Positions 44,698 through 54,052 of a stretch of 64,000 nucleotides of DNA are shown piece by piece (the stretch's first letter is position 1; each line of letters begins with the position of its first letter). The position numbers and the translations under genes were made by a program. The DNA is from Candidatus Xenobia bacterium (GTDB lineage: Bacteria > Vulcanimicrobiota > Xenobia > Xenobiales > QWHO01): contig BTUM01000020.1 in assembly GCA_045863235.1 (NCBI GenBank), positions 32,001-96,000 on the forward strand, given 5' to 3'. Under the pieces are notes generated by a model. The model worked only from the letters and a program-made list of their open reading frames with translations, had not been told where the DNA came from and did not search any database.

Positions 44698-45984
44698 ATG
44701 TTTGTGAGACAGACCGGTCGCCGATTCCTTTTGTTGCACTCCTACCGCGAGGGCGGCAGTCGCGTTTGCCAGCTGGCCCTGCATCGGTTTGACGGGGTAG
44801 GCGAGGTGGTGGAGGCGCTTGAGCCGCGGGGATGGCGAGCTCTCCGGGGCAAGGTCGAGGGTCAGTTCCCTCACCTGGCGCTGGACTGGGATGGGCTGAG
44901 GGGCAGGCTGACCCGGCTGCTCGAGCGGCTTCAGGAGGCTGGTGGTCCTGAGGAGAGGGTACGGGCAGGGCTGGAGTCAGGCAAGCGCGCGACCGAACGA
45001 GTCACTCCCCTGGTGGAGTCCGGGAAAGATGCCGGGCGCGCTCTTGAGCTTCGACGCGCGATCCGCAGATTGCGCCGACTGGTGAGCGAGGCGGAGCCTG
45101 AGGTTTTGCGACTGGCCGGCTCGGACCTTCACGAGTTGGGTCAGCGACTTGCTGAGAGCGTTCCGGTGGAGGCAGAGGGAGTCGAGAGCGAGTTGGCTGC
45201 TTCGGCGGCCCTCGAGGAGGAAGACCCGAAGGCGGCCCGAGGGAGGCTGCGTCGGGCGCAGCGGCTCCGACCCTGGGACGGAGGGCTGTGGAGGCTGGAA
45301 GCTGAGCTCCTGGCCCGCCATCGACGCTGGAAGGGGGCTGAGAAGGCGTATCGAGCCGCTGCTCGGCTCGACTGGCACCGGCTCCCCACGAATCGGCGGG
45401 TCTTTCGTCCAGACGAGCCGGAAGTCCGTCCCTATCTGCAAGACCTGGAAGGGCTGGCATTGGTCCTGGAGCGGAGGGGCCTTTTGGAGCAGGCCTGTGA
45501 GGTTCTCCAGGAGCGAGTTCGCGTCTGTCCGGAGCCGGCCTCTCGCGAGGCGCTGGGAGCCGCTCTCCACCGTGCCGGTCAGTTTGAGCAAGCGCGGCAG
45601 CAATTCCGAAGACTGCCCGACTGTGACTGGAGACGGCATTATCACGAGGCCGTCACCTGGCTCGAGCAGGGGGCTGCTCTGGCCGGCCTGGGGGTCTTGC
45701 TGCGCGCCATCGCCCGCAACGATTGGCCCGCCTGCACGCTGCTTCCCCGTCTTCGGGGAGGGCCTCGAGTCTCGCAGCCTGACACTGAATATTGGGAGCA
45801 GTTCGGCGATCTATGGAGCGAAGAGGCTCGTTGTTTTCTTCGAGCCGTCCGCGAGGATCGGACAGTTCGGGTCTGGATCACCCAGCTCTACAAGCGGCGC
45901 CATCGGGTGCGCAAAGTGATGCCGCTCTATGTGATGAGACCGGTGGCCCGACGGGCACTGGCCAGAATCGTCAGTTCGGCGTGA
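44698..45984 (+). CDS. TPR-like protein with an N-terminus resembling the IS1634 transposase N-terminal motif
   Basis: MFVRQ....LLHSYREGG.RV.Q; helical TPR-like remainder; atypical codon usage. Confidence 0.65.
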   Translation: MFVRQTGRRFLLLHSYREGGSRVCQLALHRFDGVGEVVEALEPRGWRALRGKVEGQFPHLALDWDGLRGRLTRLLERLQEAGGPEERVRAGLESGKRATERVTPLVESGKDAGRALELRRAIRRLRRLVSEAEPEVLRLAGSDLHELGQRLAESVPVEAEGVESELAASAALEEEDPKAARGRLRRAQRLRPWDGGLWRLEAELLARHRRWKGAEKAYRAAARLDWHRLPTNRRVFRPDEPEVRPYLQDLEGLALVLERRGLLEQACEVLQERVRVCPEPASREALGAALHRAGQFEQARQQFRRLPDCDWRRHYHEAVTWLEQGAALAGLGVLLRAIARNDWPACTLLPRLRGGPRVSQPDTEYWEQFGDLWSEEARCFLRAVREDRTVRVWITQLYKRRHRVRKVMPLYVMRPVARRALARIVSSA

Positions 45985-47374
45985 TCCCCGCACCGCGACG
46001 GCGAAGTCTCACTCCGCCGATCACGACCGCGTCCGCTCCGGCGGACACGGTGGCGGAACCTTGCTCTGGCGTCCCGACCCAGTTCAGTTGGGCCCGGGCG
46101 TGCTCGAAGTCAAAGGTGTGGATGTGCGAGTGCATTCCATCAGGAGTGTCGCGATCGCGCTCGCGGGTCAGGAAGACGACCGTGTTACCGTCCTGGCTGA
46201 GCTGAGGAGCCACGTTGACGGGCGGACCTTCCAGGGGGTATTCCTTCTGAGCCGGCGGGCGGTCGACCGTGAGCAGTTCACCTTCCTGGCTGCGGAGCTC
46301 GATTTGCCCCCGTGATTCCCAGCCAATCCAGCGCCCGTCACCCGAGAAGGTCGGGGCGCTGCCGGGCTGGTCACCGGAAACCCTCTCCAGCGCTCCGAGG
46401 AGCGAGGCCTGATACACGGCCATCATTCCGGCTGCGTCGCCGGCAGTCAGATTGCTCGCTACCGAAGCGAAGGCAATGCGCTGCCCATCGCGCGAGATCG
46501 TCGGATCGATGCAACGGCCGTCGGCTGCCTGGCCCTCCTGGTTCCGGCTCACCAGGCGTGTTTCACCGGTCTTGCGATTGTGGAGATAAACCTGCGGGTC
46601 GAACTTCTCATGCCCCCAGGCGTCTGTCGCTTGAGGAACGGAAGCATCCAGCGATCGGCCCATGAAGTTGAAGGCCACCAGGCTTCCATCCCCCGACAGG
46701 CTGATCTGCTCGGCCAGGCCGTGCTGGCTCACGCCACCGGTGGGGCGGCTGACCACCTCGACGCGGCCGGTCGCGAGCTCCTTGACGACCACCTTCTCGT
46801 TGCACCCGGTCGGCTCATCGGTCAGATTGTTGGCTGTCGAGATGAAGGCGATCACCTTACCATCGGCAGAGATTCGGGGGGCGAACGAGGAGAGGTTGGC
46901 GGGAGTGCCATTCTGAGCCGTGCTGACCAGCCGGGTCTGGTGGCTCTCGCGGTCGTAAAGAAAGACGTCCGTGGCACGGTTGGTGTCGTTCTCGACCAGG
47001 TTGGAGGCCCGGGAGGCAAACGCCACGTAGCGGCCATCGGCTGACATGCTCACTCCGAACGAGGAGTCGTTCGGGTCTGCCCCATCCACACCGTTGCTGA
47101 TTCGGCGCAGCTCTCCGTTGAGCCGGTCCTTCAGGAAGATGTCGTAGCGCAACCGTCCCGGTTCGTTGTGGTACCAGTCTCGCCCATTGGCCTGAGCGGC
47201 GAAGGCCACAAAGCGGCCATCGTCCGACACGCAGGCTTCGCTGGCCAGACCCTTGATGACCACCGAGTCGCTCGGTGAGGAAGCATGGCTGGTTGATTCG
47301 AGTCGGCGCCCGGGTTCGAACTCCCGGGTCAGCAGGCGAGCTGCGCGCGTCGGATCGACGGTCGCGTCGGCCAT
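45971..47374 (-). CDS. TolB-like/PD40 beta-propeller protein
   Basis: Repeated (I/M)S.DGR.VAF.S.A.NL units. Confidence 0.88.
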   Translation of the reverse strand: MADATVDPTRAARLLTREFEPGRRLESTSHASSPSDSVVIKGLASEACVSDDGRFVAFAAQANGRDWYHNEPGRLRYDIFLKDRLNGELRRISNGVDGADPNDSSFGVSMSADGRYVAFASRASNLVENDTNRATDVFLYDRESHQTRLVSTAQNGTPANLSSFAPRISADGKVIAFISTANNLTDEPTGCNEKVVVKELATGRVEVVSRPTGGVSQHGLAEQISLSGDGSLVAFNFMGRSLDASVPQATDAWGHEKFDPQVYLHNRKTGETRLVSRNQEGQAADGRCIDPTISRDGQRIAFASVASNLTAGDAAGMMAVYQASLLGALERVSGDQPGSAPTFSGDGRWIGWESRGQIELRSQEGELLTVDRPPAQKEYPLEGPPVNVAPQLSQDGNTVVFLTRERDRDTPDGMHSHIHTFDFEHARAQLNWVGTPEQGSATVSAGADAVVIGGVRLRRRGAGITPN

Positions 47375-47375
47375 C

Positions 47376-48344
47376 TCAAACCGTCCGGCGCTGGGCCAAC
47401 TGGCCCTGATCCACGAAGTTGAACAGGATGTCGTGAATGGTCCTCACGCTTGCGGTGTTGAGGTTTTGCTGAGGGCTCAACATTGCGTGAGGCACCTGCT
47501 CGGAGGGACCAAAGCGATACCAGCCGTTGCTGCTGGTGCAGCGCTCCAAGAAGGCGGCCACCCGCTTTGTGCCACTCAGCTTGTCGCCGTCGGTGGTCAG
47601 GATTTGCACCGGGCAACTGACCTTCTTGATCGTGTTGCCTACCAGGCGCATCGCCCGGGCCTGGCCCAGCGAGCCCTGGGTGTGTGGCGTGGGGTCGTTG
47701 GACTCGAGCACGTTCTTGTTGTAGGGGATCTGGTCGAGCACGAGACGGCCAAACAACCCGAAGGTGCAGTGGTCGAGGATGTCCGAGACGGCAAAGAGGA
47801 TGCCGTGGGGGAGATCCCCACCGATATAGGGGGCCATGGCGGCCGCCCCGGCCAGCTGGTGTCGCTCGGCCATGCGCAGGGCCACGTTGCCCCCACCCGA
47901 GAGACCGATGGCGTGGATGGGGGCTCCCAGGCCGGCGGCCCGGGCGTAGGTCTGGTCGATGAACCGGTCCCAGGCCCCGGGCTGGCCCATCCGGGGGATG
48001 CGCACACCGGTGGGAAGGCCGTCCGTCCCCACGTAACCGTGGCCCGGCATGCGCGGGGCCAGAACGTTGTAGCCAGCGTCGTGGAAGCGTCCGGCCAACT
48101 CGCGAAACTGCCACGGCCCGGCGCTGTACCCGTGGAACATCAACACCGTGCCCTTCGCCTTTCCGGGTTGCTGCAAGAACAATGGCTCGTAGCCCGGTTG
48201 CAGCTTCAGGCCGTCGGGGTCGGGCGTGTGGACGAGCGCCTGGTCCTTGACCACGAGGGCTTCGAGCTCCGCCGCTACCTCGTGAGGCGTGGAGGCGCGA
48301 GTCGCGAGCCCTGAACGGTAAAGCTGTGCCGGTGCAACCTGCAT
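47376..48344 (-). CDS. alpha/beta hydrolase (carboxylesterase/lipase-like)
   Basis: FHGYS, PRMPGHG, GLSGGG nucleophile elbow, plausible Asp and His. Confidence 0.85.
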   Translation of the reverse strand: MQVAPAQLYRSGLATRASTPHEVAAELEALVVKDQALVHTPDPDGLKLQPGYEPLFLQQPGKAKGTVLMFHGYSAGPWQFRELAGRFHDAGYNVLAPRMPGHGYVGTDGLPTGVRIPRMGQPGAWDRFIDQTYARAAGLGAPIHAIGLSGGGNVALRMAERHQLAGAAAMAPYIGGDLPHGILFAVSDILDHCTFGLFGRLVLDQIPYNKNVLESNDPTPHTQGSLGQARAMRLVGNTIKKVSCPVQILTTDGDKLSGTKRVAAFLERCTSSNGWYRFGPSEQVPHAMLSPQQNLNTASVRTIHDILFNFVDQGQLAQRRTV

Positions 48345-48594
48345 GGACCGATTGTGCCCCGCGGGCCTGAAAGGCCGCTTAAAGCCGTCAGACCGCCATG
48401 GCTGCCTGGGTTCCGTCCAGACCCTGACCCATGGCCCGGCTTGCAGGCCGTAGCCCGCTCTCGAACGTCTGGCTGCACCCGGTCCGACGCCGATCTGGAC
48501 ACGGCGGGACCTGGGGGTGGTTTGCTCAATACCCGAGAGCGAGCACAGGAGCGGCGGGCGGCTCCCTGGCTGGCTGGAGAGAGCGTCAATCGCC

Positions 48595-51222
48595 CTACGT
48601 GCGGCGTCGCGTGCGCAGGAGCGTGCCGCCGATAGCCAGGCCCGAATCGAGCTGGGCGATCCCGCCCGCAGCCGTCGGGAGGACGCCGGAGGCCTGACCG
48701 AAGAGGCTGTGCAGCACAGCCTGACGCTCCTCGCCCGCAGCCACGCGCTCCTCGACCCGGGCGAAATCCAGGCCAGCCCTGGAGCTGTCCCCGTCGTGCA
48801 AGCTCAGGAGCTTGGCGAAGGTCTCCCCCTGGGCTGGATCGGGCAGTGCCTTCTCTGGCAGGCGCTCGAGCAGCCTCCAGAGAGCCTGGGGCAGTCCGGC
48901 CTCGCCGGTGCGCTCGGCGATCGCGCCCACCCAGGGAGCGTTGGAGCTCTGCACCGACTGCACGCGCATCCTCATTCCCTCCGGGCTGACGCCCAGCAGG
49001 TCGTTCAGCTCCTCGGGGGGCGGCTTCTTCACCCCGCTCAGAGCCAGGCGCCCCAACCGGGCGAAGTCGATTCCCTCGCTGTCCAGGGGCAGCGTCTGCT
49101 CGAACCAGAGCCGGGAGTCCAGGGCCTGGGCGCAATCCTCAGGGGAAAGAGGCAGCGGACGACCGTTGAGACGCGCCCAGGCCAGGGCCGAGGTGGTCAT
49201 CAGGCCCAGCTCGCGGGCGTCGTTGATCGGCCCGAACCCCAGCCCGGTGGCGGCGGGGATGGGGCTGGAGGAGAAGTCCTTCCCGAGCGGATCGCTCTCC
49301 CAGCGGTGCGAGTAGCGACCGGCTTCGGCCAGCGCAACCAGCCCCAGCGCCTCCGCCTGCAGCTCCCTGACTCGTTCCGTTTGCCCCATGACTCTGGCCA
49401 CCAGGAGGTCCTCCAGAATCAGGTCGTTGGTGACGGGCAGGCTCGTTTGCTGAGCGCTCAGGGGGCCGGCGTGGAACTGAGCCTCCTGGCTGATGCCCAA
49501 CAACCTGCGAACCGATTCGGCATCGCGCGTCATCGCCACCCAGTAGGGATTGCGGGCCAGCGGCTTGCCGCCCCCGCCGGTCGAGCCCGAGGTGCGACCC
49601 ACCTTCGTCGCGGGCTCCACCTTTCCGTCCAGCTCCACCCGTCCCAGCTGACCGGAGGTACCCAGCCGCAGCAGAGTGCGCACGGCCGCCTCGCGAGTGG
49701 TGGCGTCATCTTGCACCGTGGCCTTGAGGTAGTCGCGCACCGGACCTGCGACCTCCGGCGAGAGGTCGGGCAAGGGGAGGAGCTCGGCCACCCTGCCCGG
49801 CTCGGGAACGCTCGCGAGATGCTCGAGGATTTTGTGGGGAAGGCGGTACTCGGACTGCAGGTAGTTGGCCCAACTCTCCGGGCTGGAGAGATCGGCTTCG
49901 CGTTCAGCCCGCTCGGCCGCGATCCGCTCCGCGGTCGGGATGCGGGGATCGTTGAGCTCGCTGGCCCGGCGGTATTCCTTCTCGACCGCCTCTTTCAGGG
50001 GCTCGAGCAGATCACCTGGCTCGAACGGCGAGCTGCGGGCATCATGCAGAGCCTCTTGCAGCTTGGAGGTATCCGAGCTGTACAGATCGGCAAGTTGCAG
50101 CCCGGCCAGGCCACCGAACTCCTGCTGCAGACGTCGCTCGAAAAGCTCCACCGAGCCTTTGGGAAAGGCCAGATCGCTCTGCACCAGACGGTAGGTCGCC
50201 TGCTGGTAGCCCTGAATGGGATGGAGCGCTCTGACCACCTGCCCCGCCTGCTCGAGAGGGTCCCCGGACGGGTTCTCGCGGGCCTCCTGGAGGGCCCCGT
50301 GGGCCTTCTGGATATGCCCGGCCAGTTCGGTCAGCGCCGCCTCCCGACGGGTGCGCTGATCCTCCGGGCTCGAGAGGCGGAAACGGCCGTCTTTGCCCTG
50401 ATGCAGCACCGCCGAGTGACTTGTCCGGAGCGTGGCGGCCTGGCAGTCCGCCGCACCCTTCAGGATGGTGTTGGGAACGTCCACGAACACTTCCAGCAGC
50501 TCCTCGGGTAACCCGGTGAGGCGCACCAGCTCGCGCTTGTCGAGTGGCCCGAGCCGGGCCAGCTGCTCGAGGACCATCGTCTGGCAGCGATTCACCGCCT
50601 CGGGGTCTTTGAGCAGGACGGCCTCGGGGGTTCTTTCGGAATCCATCATGCCGAGCTCGAGGCCGTCGCGATTGAACAGCTTTCCAAGCGGCTCCAGACC
50701 GCGCGTCATCAGCTCATCCAGCGAGTAGACGGGCAGCGGCCGGGCCAGGGGGGCGATGGGTGGCATCAGAGAGAGCAGGTCGGGGCCGAAGGGGCGGACC
50801 GTCGGCGGGGTCAGCGCGAGAGTGTGCTCTGCCGTGAAGCTCAATTTCTGGTGGAGCCTGTTGCGCTGCTGGACGGCCATCATCTCCTTGAGGAGGTCGA
50901 GATGGGACGGCCCCGTGCCGTGGGACTGCTCCCCGCCGCTCAGCAGAAAGCCCTCGCCCAGCAGGTCGCTGAAGCTGGTGCGCCGGACCGCGCCGTCGCG
51001 AGGCCAGACGTGCTCGGGAGCGGCGGTCGGCTCGCTCGGGTTCGGCTCGGTCGGGGTTTCTGGCAGAAAGGACGGCAGCTTCTCGCTCGGAGCGGTGACC
51101 GACGAGCCCAGGGAGTCGCGGACCCAGAGCGAGTCCGGCACCTCGTGCTCGCGATTGCCGGTACTACCCGTGAAGGACGGCAGGGGGGCCAGGGGACCGA
51201 TTGGGGAATTGGCCGATGCCAT
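48595..51222 (-). CDS. large hypothetical helical protein
   Basis: 875-aa ORF with Pro/Ser-rich leader and C-terminal IGG motif. Confidence 0.75.
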   Translation of the reverse strand: MASANSPIGPLAPLPSFTGSTGNREHEVPDSLWVRDSLGSSVTAPSEKLPSFLPETPTEPNPSEPTAAPEHVWPRDGAVRRTSFSDLLGEGFLLSGGEQSHGTGPSHLDLLKEMMAVQQRNRLHQKLSFTAEHTLALTPPTVRPFGPDLLSLMPPIAPLARPLPVYSLDELMTRGLEPLGKLFNRDGLELGMMDSERTPEAVLLKDPEAVNRCQTMVLEQLARLGPLDKRELVRLTGLPEELLEVFVDVPNTILKGAADCQAATLRTSHSAVLHQGKDGRFRLSSPEDQRTRREAALTELAGHIQKAHGALQEARENPSGDPLEQAGQVVRALHPIQGYQQATYRLVQSDLAFPKGSVELFERRLQQEFGGLAGLQLADLYSSDTSKLQEALHDARSSPFEPGDLLEPLKEAVEKEYRRASELNDPRIPTAERIAAERAEREADLSSPESWANYLQSEYRLPHKILEHLASVPEPGRVAELLPLPDLSPEVAGPVRDYLKATVQDDATTREAAVRTLLRLGTSGQLGRVELDGKVEPATKVGRTSGSTGGGGKPLARNPYWVAMTRDAESVRRLLGISQEAQFHAGPLSAQQTSLPVTNDLILEDLLVARVMGQTERVRELQAEALGLVALAEAGRYSHRWESDPLGKDFSSSPIPAATGLGFGPINDARELGLMTTSALAWARLNGRPLPLSPEDCAQALDSRLWFEQTLPLDSEGIDFARLGRLALSGVKKPPPEELNDLLGVSPEGMRMRVQSVQSSNAPWVGAIAERTGEAGLPQALWRLLERLPEKALPDPAQGETFAKLLSLHDGDSSRAGLDFARVEERVAAGEERQAVLHSLFGQASGVLPTAAGGIAQLDSGLAIGGTLLRTRRRT

Positions 51223-51513
51223 CGGGGTTAATTCGGTTTTTGGCGGAGTTGGACCTGCGTGCGCTCAGCAGCTGAAAAGCGAGCAGCTCGGAGTGGTCGA
51301 GCGCGCCCGGGCTGTCGAAGCCGGAGAACGGGTTGCCGGCGAGAGTGGGGAACCGGGTGCCGGGGTCGAGGGAGAAGCCGGCCACATGCTCGGCCGTGCA
51401 CATAGAGCACCAGGCTGCCGTCTGCGAGCTTGAGGCGAACAGAGAGTATACCGCCGGTATTGAAACCGAGCATATGTTCTGTCTGTGCCAGCCGGGTATC
51501 GGACGAGAGCGCG

Positions 51514-52659
51514 GTGGACGGCAATCTGCAGGCCTACTTCGCTACCTCCACCGCCGAGCTCGGCCCGGAGGCGACCGTGGCCGGCGTTGCTTTCGTTAAA
51601 GCCAACAGATCCGCTGCCGCCGCCCCTGCGGCCAGCTCCGCCCCGCCCGAGCTGGCCGATCTCGCCGAGCGACTCAAGAAGCTGTTCGCGAAGATCGACA
51701 AGAACAAGGACGGCATCCTGTCGCACGCCGAGGTTCAGCAGGCAATGAAGGACCCCACCATCAAAGGCAAGGATGCCGCCGCTCTGAACGTGCTGGTCCG
51801 GTATGGCGACCAGATCCAGTGGCTCAGCCACGATGAGAGCGACCGTCCCTACGACCAGAAGGGCGTCAGCCTGAAAGACCTCGAGCGCCTGGGCAGGCGC
51901 GACATGACCGAGCACCAGCGCATCAGCAAGGGTCACAACGCCGACTTCATGACGAAGGCGGCCAGGCTTTACAACCACTTCCAGAAGCAGATCGAGGGCC
52001 AGAGCAGCCAGCTCTTCGAGGGGATGCCCGACCCGAGCAGCGTCAAGCAAGGGCAGGTCGGCAACTGCTTCTTCCTGGCCGCCGTCGTGGCCCTGGCCTC
52101 CAGGAACCCCGGGGCCATCAAGAATATGATTAAGGAGAACCCGGACGGCTCCTACACCGTCACGTTCCCCGGCAAGCCCCCGGTCAAAGTCCCCGCCCTC
52201 ACGGACGCCGAGAAAGCGGTCGCATCCCAATCCAACGGCCTCTGGGTGACCGTGCTGGAGAAAGCTTACGCCAAACTCACCAACCAGGGCGGCCCCAACC
52301 CGATGGAGCCCGGCTACATGGGCAGCGTGGATACCGGCCTCGACCCGTTCTCCAAGAACGGCCGCGCCGAGGGGATCTTTCTCAGCGGCGCCAAACCCGG
52401 CGACATCCGCTTGAAGCTGATCCAGGCCTTCAAAGAGGGCCGCCTGGTAGAAGCCGGCTGCGTGCAACCCAAAATGAAAGGCCTCGTGGCCGGGCACGCC
52501 TATACGGTGCTGTCTTTCGACGAAAGGTCGGACAAGCTGACGCTGCGCAACCCCTGGGGCAACACCGAGCCGGGCAGCGACGGCAAGGATGACGGGGTCT
52601 TCGTCATCACGTTCCCTGACTTCATGGCCAACTTCTTTTCGCTGGGGATCAGCGCATAA
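51514..52659 (+). CDS. calpain-like (peptidase C2) cysteine protease with EF-hand
   Basis: DKNKDGILSHAE EF-hand; QGQVGNCFFLA, LEKAYAK, GHAY and RNPWG triad; start uncertain (ORF opens at 51430). Confidence 0.88.
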   Translation: MDGNLQAYFATSTAELGPEATVAGVAFVKANRSAAAAPAASSAPPELADLAERLKKLFAKIDKNKDGILSHAEVQQAMKDPTIKGKDAAALNVLVRYGDQIQWLSHDESDRPYDQKGVSLKDLERLGRRDMTEHQRISKGHNADFMTKAARLYNHFQKQIEGQSSQLFEGMPDPSSVKQGQVGNCFFLAAVVALASRNPGAIKNMIKENPDGSYTVTFPGKPPVKVPALTDAEKAVASQSNGLWVTVLEKAYAKLTNQGGPNPMEPGYMGSVDTGLDPFSKNGRAEGIFLSGAKPGDIRLKLIQAFKEGRLVEAGCVQPKMKGLVAGHAYTVLSFDERSDKLTLRNPWGNTEPGSDGKDDGVFVITFPDFMANFFSLGISA

Positions 52660-52855
52660 TACGGGGGGGCTGTACCGGAGCCGGCGGCTCGAAGACCGAC
52701 GACGGCGCAAGCCGCCCGGCCGGCCGAATTGCTCGTCCTCGCGAACATTCAGGCGCCCCTTGCGGCCGTGGACAGCTCCGAATAGGGCGCTCCTTTCAGA
52801 CGTCTCCGTGGACAGCTGTGGCAGGAGTGTCCTCCCCCGGAGCCAATCGTCCGGA

Positions 52856-53968
52856 GTGAGTCCGGACTACCACGAGCGACGCCAGTCGATTCTCTACCTC
52901 AAGAAGCAGGGCCGCCACCAGGAGGCGCTCGATCAGGTGCTGGCCCTGCAAGCAGAAGGAGTGGAGACCGTCGATCTGGCCGTCAATCACGCCGACACCC
53001 TGGCCCGGCTGTTGCGCGCGGCCGAGGCCCTGGAGGTGCTCGAGAACGCCCGCCTGCGCTTTCCCCGTCTGCCTCTCTTCGGCCGGGCCCTGCTGGCCGG
53101 GCTCTTGCAGGGCGCCGGACGGCTGGAGGAGGCCAGGCTCGAGTTCGACCAGCTGGCCGGCGAGCCGGAGCTGTCGGTGGCCGTTGCCCGGCGGGTAGCC
53201 GATTTTCTCCAGTCTGACAACCAGTCCGAGCGCATCGGACCCATGCTCGAGCGCCTGGCCCGCGACGAGGCCGAGTGGTATCGCCTGCGGGCTCGTTTTG
53301 CTCCCGAGGGCGAAGCGCTCTCGCTCCTCAAGCGGGGCCACGAGCGCTTTCCCGACCACCGACCTATGTTTGAGGACTACGTGGTCTTGCGTCTCAAGCA
53401 CGAGGGACCCGAGGTGATGGCCTCCGAGCTCGAGTCGCTGCTCTCGCTGGGCAGCCACAAAGACAGCCTGCGCCTGCGCGAGAGGCTGGCTCAGAGCCTG
53501 CGTGAGCTCAATGAGCCGGCTCGGGCCCTGGAGCTGCTCTTGGAGTGCGCTCGCCGCGAGCCCGGCAACGGCTACTACCTGGCCAACGTGGGCTACGTCT
53601 ATAAGGATCTTGGCGAGCCCGAGAAGGCGCTGGACTACCTGGCCCGGGCCATCGAGCTGCGACCAAACGATCGCTGTTCGGTCAACTCGTTCGTCAAGAC
53701 CAGCCGCGACTGGGGCCAGTCGGAGCGGGCGATGGAGCTGTTGCGCTTGCGCCTGGAGAAGGTGCCCGACGACCGGGCCGTCCTCAACGGCTTTCTCACC
53801 GCCTGCCGCGATGCCGGTAAGCGCGAGCTGGCCCACGGCTACATCTCCGCGCGCGCCGCTCAGAACAAGGGGCTGTGGGGCGCTTACATGAGCGTGTTCC
53901 GGGCTGGAAAGAAGACCACCCCCAAGAAGAAGGCTCGCAAGCCCGGGTCTCCGGTCGAGGAGCCTTGA
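52856..53968 (+). CDS. tetratricopeptide repeat protein
   Basis: ANVGYVYKDLG..EKALDYL.RAIELRP; GTG start inferred. Confidence 0.8.
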   Translation: MSPDYHERRQSILYLKKQGRHQEALDQVLALQAEGVETVDLAVNHADTLARLLRAAEALEVLENARLRFPRLPLFGRALLAGLLQGAGRLEEARLEFDQLAGEPELSVAVARRVADFLQSDNQSERIGPMLERLARDEAEWYRLRARFAPEGEALSLLKRGHERFPDHRPMFEDYVVLRLKHEGPEVMASELESLLSLGSHKDSLRLRERLAQSLRELNEPARALELLLECARREPGNGYYLANVGYVYKDLGEPEKALDYLARAIELRPNDRCSVNSFVKTSRDWGQSERAMELLRLRLEKVPDDRAVLNGFLTACRDAGKRELAHGYISARAAQNKGLWGAYMSVFRAGKKTTPKKKARKPGSPVEEP

Positions 53969-54052
53969 GATAGCCGAGGGCCCCTCGCTCGGCTCGCCGC
54001 AGGAGGCTCCCCGCCGGTTGGCGTGGAAAAGCTGAGCTGGAGGTGATTCGCC

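Noticed and set aside
44698..45984. Intact IS1634 transposase / IS element
   Set aside because: Only the N-terminal motif resembles it; no DDE core, terminal IRs or target duplication identified.
48517..50511. 664-aa plus-strand ORF
   Set aside because: Shadow of the 875-aa minus-strand gene; no motifs.
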